DNA of 64,000 nt. It comes from an uncultured Spirochaetales bacterium. Its GTDB lineage: Bacteria; Spirochaetota; Spirochaetia; DSM-27196; DATKUC01. A model generated the notes under the pieces. That model ran no database searches. It was given only the letters and a program-made list of their open reading frames with translations, and had not been told where the DNA came from. Shown in pieces: positions 44,634 through 54,446 of this stretch. The position numbers and the translations under genes are program-made. How positions within the stretch are numbered: the stretch's first letter is position 1; each line of letters opens with the position of its first letter. Location: contig CAZNYW010000017.1 of assembly GCA_964577375.1 (NCBI GenBank), positions 887 to 64,886 of the forward strand, read 5' to 3'.

Positions 44634-47600
44634 ATGAAAAGAACAATCATTACCGCTATTCTGAGCATATCGGCACTGTCGGGCGCGTTTGCTCAGTACA
44701 ATCCACCGGCGGGGGGCGAGGAGATCCCGAGATTCTATTCTCCTCTGTTCCTCGCGACCGGAACGAGCGTGACTTCTTCCGAAACCCCCGAAGCCGATGC
44801 GGTAAATCCGGCCATTTCGGGCGCAAATCAGCGACCGGTGATCGACCTGAGTTACATCGGCCTTACCGGCTTCGATGCCGCCGGCGGGAACGGCTGGCTT
44901 GGCCACGCTGCCAATATCGGTTTGAGCTTTCCCACCAGGGCCGGCGTGATCACCGGTTCGGCGCACTTTCTCTCCTCCTTTCTCCCTGAGATGACGCTTG
45001 GTAACAACGTCGGGCTGCGCTTCTCTTTTGCGAAAGACCTCTATCCCGACCTTCTTGTCGGCATTGGACTGAACCTCGATGCGGGCGGCTACAACACTAC
45101 CGACTTCGGCGCAAGCGTCGATCTCGGGGCACTGGTACTTCCAGGGTCCGTGGGGCCGCTGAGGAATTTTCGCTGGGGAGTGGTTCTGCAGAATCTGGGG
45201 AAATGGTACACCCCGGTTCCCGGTCGGTCTCCGGTGCCCGCTCCGTTCACGCCGGCATTTGGCGTCGGTTTCGACCTTATCGACAACCCGGTTATACGCG
45301 TCGGGCTCACCGGCGATCTGAGCTTTCCGACATTCCAGGATGTCCGCTTCAATGTCGGCGGATCGATCTCGCTCTGGAACACAGTCTCGTTGAACGCAGG
45401 GTGGCGGACCAGCCTGCGGAGCCTTCTGGACAGCAGCCTTCCGCAGGAGAGCATGCTGCCGTCGTTCGGAATCTCCGTGGATCTGAAGACAAACCTGAAG
45501 GGCAAGTCGGGTTTCATCGCCGAGAACGGCTGGAACCAGAGCGATGTGCGGACTCACATGAGTGCAGCCCCGCTCTATGGGAAGGTGTGGGGGATCGGCG
45601 GCGGCATCAACGCAGCCCTCGGGATCGTCGATCGCACACCGCCCGATATCCGGGTGGATTATCCGACCGTCCAGTCCATTTCGCCGAACAATGACGGTGT
45701 TCAGGACGCGCTTGTGTTTCCGGTGACCATTACCGACCGGCGTTACGTGAGCGGCTACATACTGCGCATCAGCGACTCCGAGGGCCGAGTGGTCCGGCAG
45801 ATAGTCAACAAGGAAAACAGGCCGGAGAATCGGGGGCTGAAGAACATTTTCGACCGTCTCGCCTACGTAAAATCCGGAATTCCGATCCCGTCGCAACTCC
45901 GGTGGGATGGAACGGCAGACGACGGCAGCGTCGTACCCGACGGTACCTACAGCTTCGCGATAGAAGCATGGGATGATAACGGGAACCGCGCGACGACGCC
46001 CGAATACAAGGTCCACGTCGACGATACGGCTCCAGAGGTGAAGATAGCTGCCGTCTCCCCTGATGACCGGATCTTCTCACCCAACGGCGATGGGCACAAG
46101 GACACGCTGCCAATAGACCAGTCGGGCAGTCTCGAAAAGAGCTGGAGCGGTGAGATCCGGGCCGTGGACGGCACGGCAATCTATCACCGAACGTGGAATG
46201 ACTCAGCTCCTGCGTCGTTTGCCTGGGATGGAACCGATGACAACGGAAAGAAGGTTCCGGACGGTGTATACAGCTACCGCGTCCAGAGCACCGATGCCGC
46301 GGGCAATCATGGAAGCGCTACGCTTGCAAACATAATCGTGAATACCACACCTACGCCGGTTGCACTTACCATCGACCGGTCCTACTTCTCACCCAACGGT
46401 GATGGTGTCGACGACGCAGTTTCCTTCACGCTCAAGGTGCCTTCGGAGAAGGAGGTAGTTTCCTGGAGCATGACTATCGAAGGAGCAGGGGGCAGTTCGG
46501 CAAAAAGAACCTTCTCGGGGTCCGAGGCACCGCCTCAGGCGATTCGTTTCGATGGAAAGGACGATTCGGGAGCGGTCCTTGCGGAGGGTGAGTACCGTGC
46601 GCATCTCCAGGTAGCCTATCGCAACGGAAACGCGCCGGAGGCCGAATCGCCGTCGTTCGTTCTGGACAACACCGCCCCGCAGGGTTCGGTGACCTCCAGT
46701 GAAACGGTGTTCTCCCCGAACGGGGACGGAAGCAAGGACACTGTCACCTTCTATCAGGACACATCCAGGGAGGAGCTCTGGGTGGGGCAGATCAGTGATG
46801 GCACCGGAGAGGTGGTGAAAAAGTTCACCTGGCACGGTGCGGCAGACTCGCAGGTCACCTGGGACGGACGTGATGCCAACGGCCAACTGGTTCCCGACGG
46901 CAGCTACCATTACCAGCTCTCTTCGGTGGACCGTGCCGGTAACCGGGGCATCTCCAATACTGTCGATGTCCGTGTCGATACCGAGGCGACGCCGGTCCTG
47001 CTCTCGGCCGGGTACGATGCCTTTTCTCCGAACGCCGACGGCGTAAAGGACACGATCACGCTGACACCGACGCTTCGACGAAACGATGGAATTGACAGGT
47101 ACACGCTGAGTATCGAATCGGTCGGCGGAACGGGTCAGGATGCGGCGGCAAAGGTCGTGCACAGCGTCAGCGGCCGGGGAAGCATCAACGGACCCTTCGT
47201 CTGGGACGGGCGGGATGACAACGGCGTGCGCGTCGCGGACGGTTCCTACCGCGGCGTGCTGAACGTACAGTACGCCAACGGAAACCGGGAGACGGCGAGG
47301 ACGGGCTCCTTCCTGCTCGACACCGTGTATCCGTCCGTCGTTATAGGATCTGACAACACTCCCTTCTCTCCCGATGGGGACGGTAACAGGGATACCTTCA
47401 CCATAACCCAGACCTCGAGCGACGAAACCCTTTGGGAGGCAAAAATCCTTTCGAGCTCCGGCGCCGAGGTGCGCCGCTACTACTGGAAGGGCAGGCTGGC
47501 CAACGTTGTCTGGGACGGAACCGACGACGCCGGGAACAGGGTGCCCGACGGCCGCTACAGCTACGTGGTAAGCGCCGAAGATCAGGCCGGCAACCGAACA

Positions 47601-48698
47601 CAGAAGTCGCTGAAGGACATCGTCGTGGACACCCGCCCCGCCGCCGTGTATGTGACCGCAGCAGATGCAGGCTTCTCGCCCAATGGAGACGGGGTACAGG
47701 ACACCGAAACCTTCACCATGTACACCAATCTCCTCGACGGGGTGAAGAGCTGGAAGCTGTCGGTATTCACGGTGGGACCCGACGGTAAGGAGGGGCCTGT
47801 GGTGCGCGAGTTCACCGGCGATTCGGTGACCGCGAGCTTCAAGGTGGTATGGGACGGGAGGCGTTCCGACGGAGGGCCGACCGCGCCCGACGGCCGATAC
47901 CGCGCGCGGTTCGAGGTGATTTATGCCAAGGGGAATCATCCAGTTGCCGAGACACCCGCGATAACCCTCGACACGACAGCTCCTTCGGTGGAGCTCAATA
48001 TTGCGCCTCGTCCGTTCTCGCCGGACAACGACGGCGTGGACGACGAGCTCCATATCGGCATCAGTGTTAAGGATGCTAGCGAGATTCGCGACTGGCGTTT
48101 CGAGATACTAGACCGGAACAACAACTTCTTCACCGACTTCACGGGTAAGGGAAAACCGTCGAAAGAGCTCATCTGGGATGGGCGGTCGAAAACCGGCGAG
48201 CTCGTCATCTCGGCGGAGGACTACCCCTACGTTTTCACCATCACCGACGTCCTCGGGAATACCACCGTGCGGCGTGGGGTGATCCCGGTCGATATCCTGG
48301 TAATCCGGGAGGGCGATCAGCTGAAGGTACGCATCAGCAGTATAACGTTCACACCGGACAGCCCGGAGCTGGTCCTCGACCCGTCGACTCTGCGGGGACT
48401 CAAGAACGACGAAATACTGAAGCGTCTGGTCCAGATATTCTCGAAGTACTCCAGCTATCGGATCCGGATCGAGGGACACGCCGTTAACATAAGCGGCACG
48501 CAGCGCGAGCAGCAGGAGGAGCTGATTCCTCTGAGCAAGGCCCGGGCCCAGTCGGTCAAGGACGCCCTGGTGGCGAGGGGTATAAGTGCCGACCGGATTA
48601 CCGCGGCCGGACTGGGCGATCAGAACCCGGTTGTGCCTGACACCGACATCGAGAACCGCTGGAAGAACCGTCGCGTAGAGTTTATATTGATAAAGTAG
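44634..48698 (+). CDS. Giant secreted OmpA-family protein: signal peptide + beta-rich N-terminal domain + 8 FlgD-Ig-like repeats + C-terminal OmpA/peptidoglycan-binding domain
   Basis: Internal ATG (MKRTIITAILSISALSGAFAQ, signal peptide) of listed ORF 44208-48698. There are 8 recurrences of FSPNGDGxxD ... WDGxDxxG..VPDGxY ... GN. The C-terminus is RIRIEGHAVN...LSKARAQSVKDALVARGI...GLGDQNPV...NRRVEFILIK. Confidence 0.9.
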   Translation: MKRTIITAILSISALSGAFAQYNPPAGGEEIPRFYSPLFLATGTSVTSSETPEADAVNPAISGANQRPVIDLSYIGLTGFDAAGGNGWLGHAANIGLSFPTRAGVITGSAHFLSSFLPEMTLGNNVGLRFSFAKDLYPDLLVGIGLNLDAGGYNTTDFGASVDLGALVLPGSVGPLRNFRWGVVLQNLGKWYTPVPGRSPVPAPFTPAFGVGFDLIDNPVIRVGLTGDLSFPTFQDVRFNVGGSISLWNTVSLNAGWRTSLRSLLDSSLPQESMLPSFGISVDLKTNLKGKSGFIAENGWNQSDVRTHMSAAPLYGKVWGIGGGINAALGIVDRTPPDIRVDYPTVQSISPNNDGVQDALVFPVTITDRRYVSGYILRISDSEGRVVRQIVNKENRPENRGLKNIFDRLAYVKSGIPIPSQLRWDGTADDGSVVPDGTYSFAIEAWDDNGNRATTPEYKVHVDDTAPEVKIAAVSPDDRIFSPNGDGHKDTLPIDQSGSLEKSWSGEIRAVDGTAIYHRTWNDSAPASFAWDGTDDNGKKVPDGVYSYRVQSTDAAGNHGSATLANIIVNTTPTPVALTIDRSYFSPNGDGVDDAVSFTLKVPSEKEVVSWSMTIEGAGGSSAKRTFSGSEAPPQAIRFDGKDDSGAVLAEGEYRAHLQVAYRNGNAPEAESPSFVLDNTAPQGSVTSSETVFSPNGDGSKDTVTFYQDTSREELWVGQISDGTGEVVKKFTWHGAADSQVTWDGRDANGQLVPDGSYHYQLSSVDRAGNRGISNTVDVRVDTEATPVLLSAGYDAFSPNADGVKDTITLTPTLRRNDGIDRYTLSIESVGGTGQDAAAKVVHSVSGRGSINGPFVWDGRDDNGVRVADGSYRGVLNVQYANGNRETARTGSFLLDTVYPSVVIGSDNTPFSPDGDGNRDTFTITQTSSDETLWEAKILSSSGAEVRRYYWKGRLANVVWDGTDDAGNRVPDGRYSYVVSAEDQAGNRTQKSLKDIVVDTRPAAVYVTAADAGFSPNGDGVQDTETFTMYTNLLDGVKSWKLSVFTVGPDGKEGPVVREFTGDSVTASFKVVWDGRRSDGGPTAPDGRYRARFEVIYAKGNHPVAETPAITLDTTAPSVELNIAPRPFSPDNDGVDDELHIGISVKDASEIRDWRFEILDRNNNFFTDFTGKGKPSKELIWDGRSKTGELVISAEDYPYVFTITDVLGNTTVRRGVIPVDILVIREGDQLKVRISSITFTPDSPELVLDPSTLRGLKNDEILKRLVQIFSKYSSYRIRIEGHAVNISGTQREQQEELIPLSKARAQSVKDALVARGISADRITAAGLGDQNPVVPDTDIENRWKNRRVEFILIK
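45678..48303 (+). repeat. Array of 8 divergent protein-level FlgD-Ig-like repeats (about 100-130 aa each)
   Basis: In-frame (F/I)SP(N/D)xDG codon positions at 45678, 46074, 46386, 46710, 47022, 47364, 47673 and 48015. The DNA copies are diverged, so this is not a recent tandem duplication. Confidence 0.85.
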
Positions 48699-48758
48699 CT
48701 GGCTGCGGCGGATTTCAGCGATGGAATAGCGCCGCAGATCACCCCAAACTGCCAGAAC

Positions 48759-49913
48759 GTGGCCGATAATCGGACCATGGAAGAGTCACGCACGCCGGTG
48801 TCTGATACCGCTACCAATACCAGTACTGCGCCGACGAGCCCGCCTCCCGAGGAGAGCGGCAGAGCCGGGAGAAGGCCGGCGAGAAGGGCAGTTTCTGCCT
48901 TTCTTGCAGTGCTGCTGATATTGTTGATCGCGCTCGCCGCGATCGGCGCGTACGCATATTATCTGAACCTTCCCGCAGGAGACTCTTCCTCCGGTGTCGA
49001 TTTCGCCGTGAACAGGGGTGATTCGCTCGATGCGGTTGCGACGAGGCTGGCCGGCGACGGGCTCATTCGGTCGCCGCTGCTGATGAAGCTGATCGGGCTC
49101 ATCTCGGGAACGAGCGGTGAGATACAGGCCGGCCACTATCTGCTTCGGTCCGACATGACCTCCGCGGCAGTCTACCGCTCCCTCGTCGAGGGGAAACAGA
49201 TTCTTCTACGGGTTACCATTCCGGAAGGGTTCACCATGCGGCAGATCGCGGGTAGATTCGACAGCGAGGGGATCGTTTCTAAAGAAGACTTTCTCGCTGC
49301 AGCGACCGATTCGACGCTGTTGAGAAACCTCGGAATTCCGGGGAAAAGTGCCGAGGGGTACCTGTTCCCGGACACCTATCTGTTTCCCAGGGATTATCCT
49401 GCAAAGGAAGTGGTGTCTCATCTGGTGTCCAATTTCTTCTCACATCTGAAGCAGATCGATCCGGGCTACGATTCTCTAAGCCCCCCGCAGCTGTTCGACA
49501 AGGTTACGCTCGCATCGATAGTGGAGCGTGAGTATGTAAGCTCCGACGAGGCACCGCTCATCGCGTCGGTTTTCTATAACCGCCTGAGAGCCGGGATGCG
49601 ACTTGAAAGCTGTGCGACGGTGGTCTACGTCATGACCGAACAGGAGAGGCTTCCCCATCCGGAGCGGCTCTACTATCGTGATCTCGACCGACCCTCGCCC
49701 TACAACACCTACCTGCACCGGGGGCTTCCGCCGGGACCCATCTCCAACCCCGGGGTAACCGCGCTGAAGGCGGCACTCTTTCCGGCCAAAACCGACTACT
49801 GGTACTTCGTCCTCAAGTCCGACGGCGCTACGCATCACCATTTTTCGAAAACCCTTACCGACCACAATCAGGCGGCCGTTTTCTACCTAAAAACCCTGTC
49901 GAGCGGCAACTAG
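48759..49913 (+). CDS. mltG: Endolytic murein transglycosylase MltG (YceG-like)
   Basis: N-terminal TM anchor, LysM-like region, EGYLFPDTY and YNTYLHRGLPPGPISNPG signatures. Start is GTG 48759 or ATG 48777. Confidence 0.9.
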   Translation: MADNRTMEESRTPVSDTATNTSTAPTSPPPEESGRAGRRPARRAVSAFLAVLLILLIALAAIGAYAYYLNLPAGDSSSGVDFAVNRGDSLDAVATRLAGDGLIRSPLLMKLIGLISGTSGEIQAGHYLLRSDMTSAAVYRSLVEGKQILLRVTIPEGFTMRQIAGRFDSEGIVSKEDFLAAATDSTLLRNLGIPGKSAEGYLFPDTYLFPRDYPAKEVVSHLVSNFFSHLKQIDPGYDSLSPPQLFDKVTLASIVEREYVSSDEAPLIASVFYNRLRAGMRLESCATVVYVMTEQERLPHPERLYYRDLDRPSPYNTYLHRGLPPGPISNPGVTALKAALFPAKTDYWYFVLKSDGATHHHFSKTLTDHNQAAVFYLKTLSSGN

Positions 49914-49923
49914 GATAGCGGGC

Positions 49924-51741
49924 TTGAAGATCCCCGAGCAGATCATCGAAGAGATTTCCTCACGCGCGGATATCGTCGCAATCGTTGGGGAGTACGTCAC
50001 CCTTCAGAAACGCGGAAATCGTTACTGGGGACTCTGTCCGTTTCACACCGAAAAGACAGGATCCTTTACGGTCAGCCCGGAACGGGACAGCTACTACTGC
50101 TTCGGGTGCAAGAAGGGCGGTTCGATCTTCAATTTTCTCATGGAAATGGAGAAGGTGAGCTTTCCCGAAGCGGTGGAGATGCTCGGGAAGCGCACGGGCG
50201 TTGCGGTACCGTCGCGCGATGCGGGCCGGGATTCCGCCGCCGACGATGAGAGATCCCGGAGGCGTGATGCACTGACCGAGCTCTACCGACGGCTTTCTGG
50301 CAGCTTTCACCACCTGCTCGTCGAAAGCGAAAAGGGGCGTGAGGGGCTCGACTACCTGTTGCGACGGGGACTCAACCGCGAGGTTATAGATCGCTTCGAG
50401 CTCGGCTATGCGCCGGCCGACCCCTACTGGCTGCACAGATTCCTGAAGACGAAGGACTATTCGCCGGATTTCCTTTCGGAATCGGGACTGTTCAGCCGCC
50501 GGTCGGCGGAACGGGCGCTGTTTGCCGACCGCGTCATGTTTCCAATCCGTTCGCGGTCGGGCGAGGTTATTGCGTTCGGAGGACGGGCTCTTGCCGGAGG
50601 TGGCGATACCCCTGCGGGGATGCCGAAGTACATTAATTCTCCGGACTCGGAGCTCTTTCACAAGGGAGATCAGCTTTACGGTCTGGATGTCGCGTTGCCG
50701 GAGATCCGCAAATCCGGAACGTTCATGCTGGTGGAAGGCTACATGGATGTGCTTGCGCTGCATCAGGCGGGGGTGGGGATAGCAATTGCGCCGCTCGGAA
50801 CCGCCTTCACCGAGAACCAGGCACGTCTGCTCCGCCGATACGCGTCCACCGGTTACCTCCTTTTCGACGCAGATGAGGCGGGCAGACGTGCCGCCGAGCG
50901 GGCGTCGGTGATCCTCGAAAAGCAGGGGCTGGACTCGCTCGTGGTGCAGTTTCCGGACGGGAAGGATCCGGCCGAGATGCTGGAAAAGGGTCTCACGGAG
51001 CAGTTGAATAACTACAACAATTACACTATAAGTATACTGGAGTATCTTATAGCCCTTGCGAAGAATAACAACGACGTGAGCACACCGCGAGGTAAAGAAT
51101 TTGTCTTAAACGAGATATTTCCTTACATTAGTGCCATAACGTCCGATATTAAGCGCGAGGACAGTCTGGGGCTTGTAGCGGACGCTCTTGGGGTTGACCG
51201 GCAAGCAGTGATCAGTGATTTCCGCAAAAAGGGAGGACATGCTTCAGAGCCGGGGCGTACGGTTCCAACAATTACGGATTCCCAAATAACTACGGATCTG
51301 TTTCTCATGATGGCCACGGTGGTGAATCGCGGTCATTTTGTGTTTGTTCGTCGGATGCTAAAGCCTGAAGACCTTGTCGATGGCCGCGCGAGGGGGCTTT
51401 TCATTGCCCTTGAGGAGTGCTATCGAAGAGAGGAAACCTCCCTTGAGATGCTCTTGGCTCGGATTGAAGACGAGAGTTTGTGTGCGCTTGTACTTGAGAA
51501 GACGAATTCAGACGAATTTAACCTTAATCAGGAGAAATCCATCAAAGATGCTGTCTACCGGATCCGCCAACGGAATCTCGAAAAACAGCGTTCTGCGGTT
51601 GAAAGTCAGATTCGCCAATCGGGTCGTAAGAGTGGTGGGGACATTGCAGGTCAACTCCTCGAACTGCAACAGGAAAAGATGTACCTCGATGCAGAACTCG
51701 AGAAGTTGAAGGTGATGATACATGATAGAGTTGCAGAATGA
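49924..51741 (+). CDS. dnaG: DNA primase
   Basis: Zinc ribbon [29 protein letters not shown] and [17 protein letters not shown] ... [15 protein letters not shown] start. Confidence 0.95.
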   Translation: MKIPEQIIEEISSRADIVAIVGEYVTLQKRGNRYWGLCPFHTEKTGSFTVSPERDSYYCFGCKKGGSIFNFLMEMEKVSFPEAVEMLGKRTGVAVPSRDAGRDSAADDERSRRRDALTELYRRLSGSFHHLLVESEKGREGLDYLLRRGLNREVIDRFELGYAPADPYWLHRFLKTKDYSPDFLSESGLFSRRSAERALFADRVMFPIRSRSGEVIAFGGRALAGGGDTPAGMPKYINSPDSELFHKGDQLYGLDVALPEIRKSGTFMLVEGYMDVLALHQAGVGIAIAPLGTAFTENQARLLRRYASTGYLLFDADEAGRRAAERASVILEKQGLDSLVVQFPDGKDPAEMLEKGLTEQLNNYNNYTISILEYLIALAKNNNDVSTPRGKEFVLNEIFPYISAITSDIKREDSLGLVADALGVDRQAVISDFRKKGGHASEPGRTVPTITDSQITTDLFLMMATVVNRGHFVFVRRMLKPEDLVDGRARGLFIALEECYRREETSLEMLLARIEDESLCALVLEKTNSDEFNLNQEKSIKDAVYRIRQRNLEKQRSAVESQIRQSGRKSGGDIAGQLLELQQEKMYLDAELEKLKVMIHDRVAE

Positions 51742-53455
51742 TCCTGCGATTGCGAAGCTGATTGAATACGCAAAGAACAAAAAGAGTATCAGTTTTGATG
51801 AGGTGAGTGATTTTCTCCCCGAAGCCATAGTCAACTCAGAGAAAATAGAGGAGGTCATCACGCTGCTCGGAAAGTACAACGTTCGCCTCGAAGACGAGGA
51901 CATCCGGCTCGAAGAGGAAGAGGCGGAACCGGCACCCAAGCCGGAGAAGAAGAAGAAGCTGGTATACGGCGAGAAGGATGCGGCAATTGATGACCCTATC
52001 CGGCTCTACCTCCGTGAAATTGGCAAGGAGAGCCTGCTCACTGCAGAGCAGGAGGTCGAACTTTCCAAGAAGATGGAGCAGGGCGAGAACATCATAAAGA
52101 GCGTCATCAAAGGTTCCGGTATCCTGATTCCCGAGTTTTACCTGCTTGCGCAACGCGCGTTCTCCAAGAAGGATCCCCGCGAGATGAACCTTTCCAAGAA
52201 GGAAATCTCCGAGTATCTCGCGGAGCGCCGCCGCCTGTCGCAGTTCTACCGTGAATCGCTTCGCGAATATCTGCCCCAGCTCAAGGGCTACATGGAGCAG
52301 AAGCGCAAGGTGATGCAGAAAGGGACCGACATACTCTCGGACCACTCCCTTGTCGGAAAACGGTCGGATCTGCTCAAACAGCTGCAGAACGTCGAAATAC
52401 ATCAGGAGGAGATTCTCCTTTTTTCGGACAAGTTCATCACCGCATCCCGCAAGATAAAGAAATACCAGCGGGAGCAGGAAAAGATTGAAAAGCGGCTGCG
52501 AGTCTCCAACATGCGTGAACTGCGCGGACTTGGCCGCGGCCTTGCGATGACGGATCAGCGCCAGAAGATCGAGAATGAACTCGGCATGGACGCGGATCAG
52601 ATCAAAGAGAAGATTCGCCAGATACAGGTCACGGACAAGAAGCTCAAGAGCCTGGAGATCGATTTCGAGAACAGCATCGAGGACATCATCCAGATGTCCA
52701 AAGAGATCACCCACGGCAAGACCATGATGCAGAACGCCAAGGACCGGCTGATCAAGGCCAACCTGCGTCTGGTAGTGAGCATCGCCAAGAAGTACACAAA
52801 TCGCGGCCTCCATTTCTTCGATCTGGTGCAGGAGGGAAACATCGGCCTTATAAAGGCGGTGGAAAAGTTCGAATACCGCAAGGGCTACAAGTTTTCCACC
52901 TACGCGACCTGGTGGATCCGGCAGGCCATAACGCGTTCGATCTCCGATCAGGCGCGCACGATCCGGGTCCCTGTTCACATGATCGAGCAGATCAACAAGG
53001 TGGTGCGGGAGTCGCGCCAGCTTATGCAGATCCTCGGCCGCGAACCTACCGACGAAGAGATCGCACAGCGTCTCGGCTGGACAGTGAGCCGCGTGAAATC
53101 GGTCAAGAACGTCGCTCGTGAGCCTATCTCCCTCGAAACGCCCATCGGAGAGGAAGAGGATTCACTGCTCGGAGACTTCATCGAGGACAAGGACGTCGAG
53201 AACCCGGCCCACCAGACCGCCTTCACCCTGCTGCAGGAACAGCTGCGTGAGGTGCTCGGCACCCTGCCTGCGCGAGAGCAGGAGGTGCTGAAGATGCGGT
53301 TCGGCCTGGAGGACGGTTACTCGCTCACCCTCGAAGAGGTGGGGCTCTACTTCAATGTGACCCGCGAGCGAATCCGGCAGATTGAAGCGAAAGCGCTGCG
53401 GCGGCTCCGGCATCCCAAGCGGAGCAGGCGGCTGAAAGACTATCTCGATCATTGA
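51722..53455 (+). CDS. rpoD: RNA polymerase primary sigma factor (sigma70)
   Basis: Region 2 is [39 protein letters not shown]. Region 4.2 is [30 protein letters not shown]. Confidence 0.97.
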   Translation: MIELQNDPAIAKLIEYAKNKKSISFDEVSDFLPEAIVNSEKIEEVITLLGKYNVRLEDEDIRLEEEEAEPAPKPEKKKKLVYGEKDAAIDDPIRLYLREIGKESLLTAEQEVELSKKMEQGENIIKSVIKGSGILIPEFYLLAQRAFSKKDPREMNLSKKEISEYLAERRRLSQFYRESLREYLPQLKGYMEQKRKVMQKGTDILSDHSLVGKRSDLLKQLQNVEIHQEEILLFSDKFITASRKIKKYQREQEKIEKRLRVSNMRELRGLGRGLAMTDQRQKIENELGMDADQIKEKIRQIQVTDKKLKSLEIDFENSIEDIIQMSKEITHGKTMMQNAKDRLIKANLRLVVSIAKKYTNRGLHFFDLVQEGNIGLIKAVEKFEYRKGYKFSTYATWWIRQAITRSISDQARTIRVPVHMIEQINKVVRESRQLMQILGREPTDEEIAQRLGWTVSRVKSVKNVAREPISLETPIGEEEDSLLGDFIEDKDVENPAHQTAFTLLQEQLREVLGTLPAREQEVLKMRFGLEDGYSLTLEEVGLYFNVTRERIRQIEAKALRRLRHPKRSRRLKDYLDH

Positions 53456-53466
53456 TATAATCGTTT

Positions 53467-54381
53467 TTGACGGAGAAGCCAATGGCAGTCACGACGGAAG
53501 AGGTATACGAGAAACTGCGAAACCTGCAGGAGGTCCTGTCGGAGAAGTTCGCAATCGAAGCGGAAATCCGCGACATCCCCAAGGCGCTTGCCACAAAGCA
53601 GGAGCTGGTCAACAGGCTCAAGAAAACCTACATCGAGAAGAGCACTCAGTACAATGAGGTGAAAGAGCGCATAAAGAGCCTCCGTTTCCGCATGGAAGAG
53701 GCGGAGCAGGCTCGGGAGACCTACGAGCAGCAGATGGATCTCATCAAGACCCAGCGCGAGTACGAAGCGCTGGACAAGGAGATCCGTGATGCCTCGGAGA
53801 AGGAGCAGTCGCTGCGCAAAGAGGTCCAGCGGGAAGAGAAGGTCATGGAAGAGATGTCGAAGGCGCTCGAGCGCGACGAGTCCATGATCAAGGAGCAGGA
53901 AAAAGAGCTCGGCGCGGAACAGGAGCACATCAAGAACGAGAGCGACAAGCGCAAGGATGCGCTCAAGGACCTCGAAAAACGGGAGAAGAAGATCACGCCC
54001 GGACTCGACGAAGAGATGGTCTTCAAGTTCGAACGCATCATTCGAAGCAAGGCCGGTGTCGGAATTGTTCCGCTTCGGAAAGGCGTCTGTACCGGATGCC
54101 ATATGATCCTGCCGATGCAGTTCGTCAACGACGTTCGAGAAGGCGAGGGCATTCTTTTCTGTCCCTACTGTTCGCGGATCCTCTTCTTCCAGGAGGAGGC
54201 CGACACCGCGTACGCCGAGGTGGATGCGGAAGGTCTTGCCGACCTCTTCAACGATGAGGAAGAGGAGGACATCGAGGAATCGGAGGTCGACGACGAAGAG
54301 GTCGGGGCCGAGGACGAAGAGGAAGAAAACGACGAGACCGACGACGAAGAAGACGATATAGAGGAACAGGACGAGGAGTAG
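53467..54381 (+). CDS. Coiled-coil C4 zinc-ribbon protein (COG1579/DUF164-like) with a long acidic C-terminal tail
   Basis: Long heptad-rich region, then CTGCHMILP...CPYCSRILF, then about 55 aa of D/E-rich tail. Confidence 0.75.
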   Translation: MTEKPMAVTTEEVYEKLRNLQEVLSEKFAIEAEIRDIPKALATKQELVNRLKKTYIEKSTQYNEVKERIKSLRFRMEEAEQARETYEQQMDLIKTQREYEALDKEIRDASEKEQSLRKEVQREEKVMEEMSKALERDESMIKEQEKELGAEQEHIKNESDKRKDALKDLEKREKKITPGLDEEMVFKFERIIRSKAGVGIVPLRKGVCTGCHMILPMQFVNDVREGEGILFCPYCSRILFFQEEADTAYAEVDAEGLADLFNDEEEEDIEESEVDDEEVGAEDEEEENDETDDEEDDIEEQDEE

Positions 54382-54446
54382 TCCCGAACATCGTTCGGGC
54401 CGAGAGGAAGTTCCGGCCGCCGACAGAGCGCTGTCGTTCCGCGGTA

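Noticed and set aside
42543-44700. tRNA-Thr/tRNA-Tyr locus as an integration site for a genomic island carrying ykgJ, the MBL gene and the giant OmpA gene
   Set aside because: There is no integrase, no direct repeat of a tRNA 3' end that I could see, and no compositional break. Downstream genes have host-like GC.
44436-48053. Two long minus-strand ORFs (44436-46016 and 46389-48053), antisense to the OmpA-family gene
   Set aside because: Compositional artefacts of a long high-GC gene. The plus-strand frame carries eight recognisable domain repeats plus an OmpA domain, while the antisense translations are low-complexity R/P/G-rich.
48703-48737. 8-bp stem (CTGCGGCG...CGCCGCAG) with a 19-nt loop after the OmpA-family gene as a terminator
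   Set aside because: The loop is large and there is no U-tract. It may be fortuitous in GC-rich DNA, so it was left unannotated.
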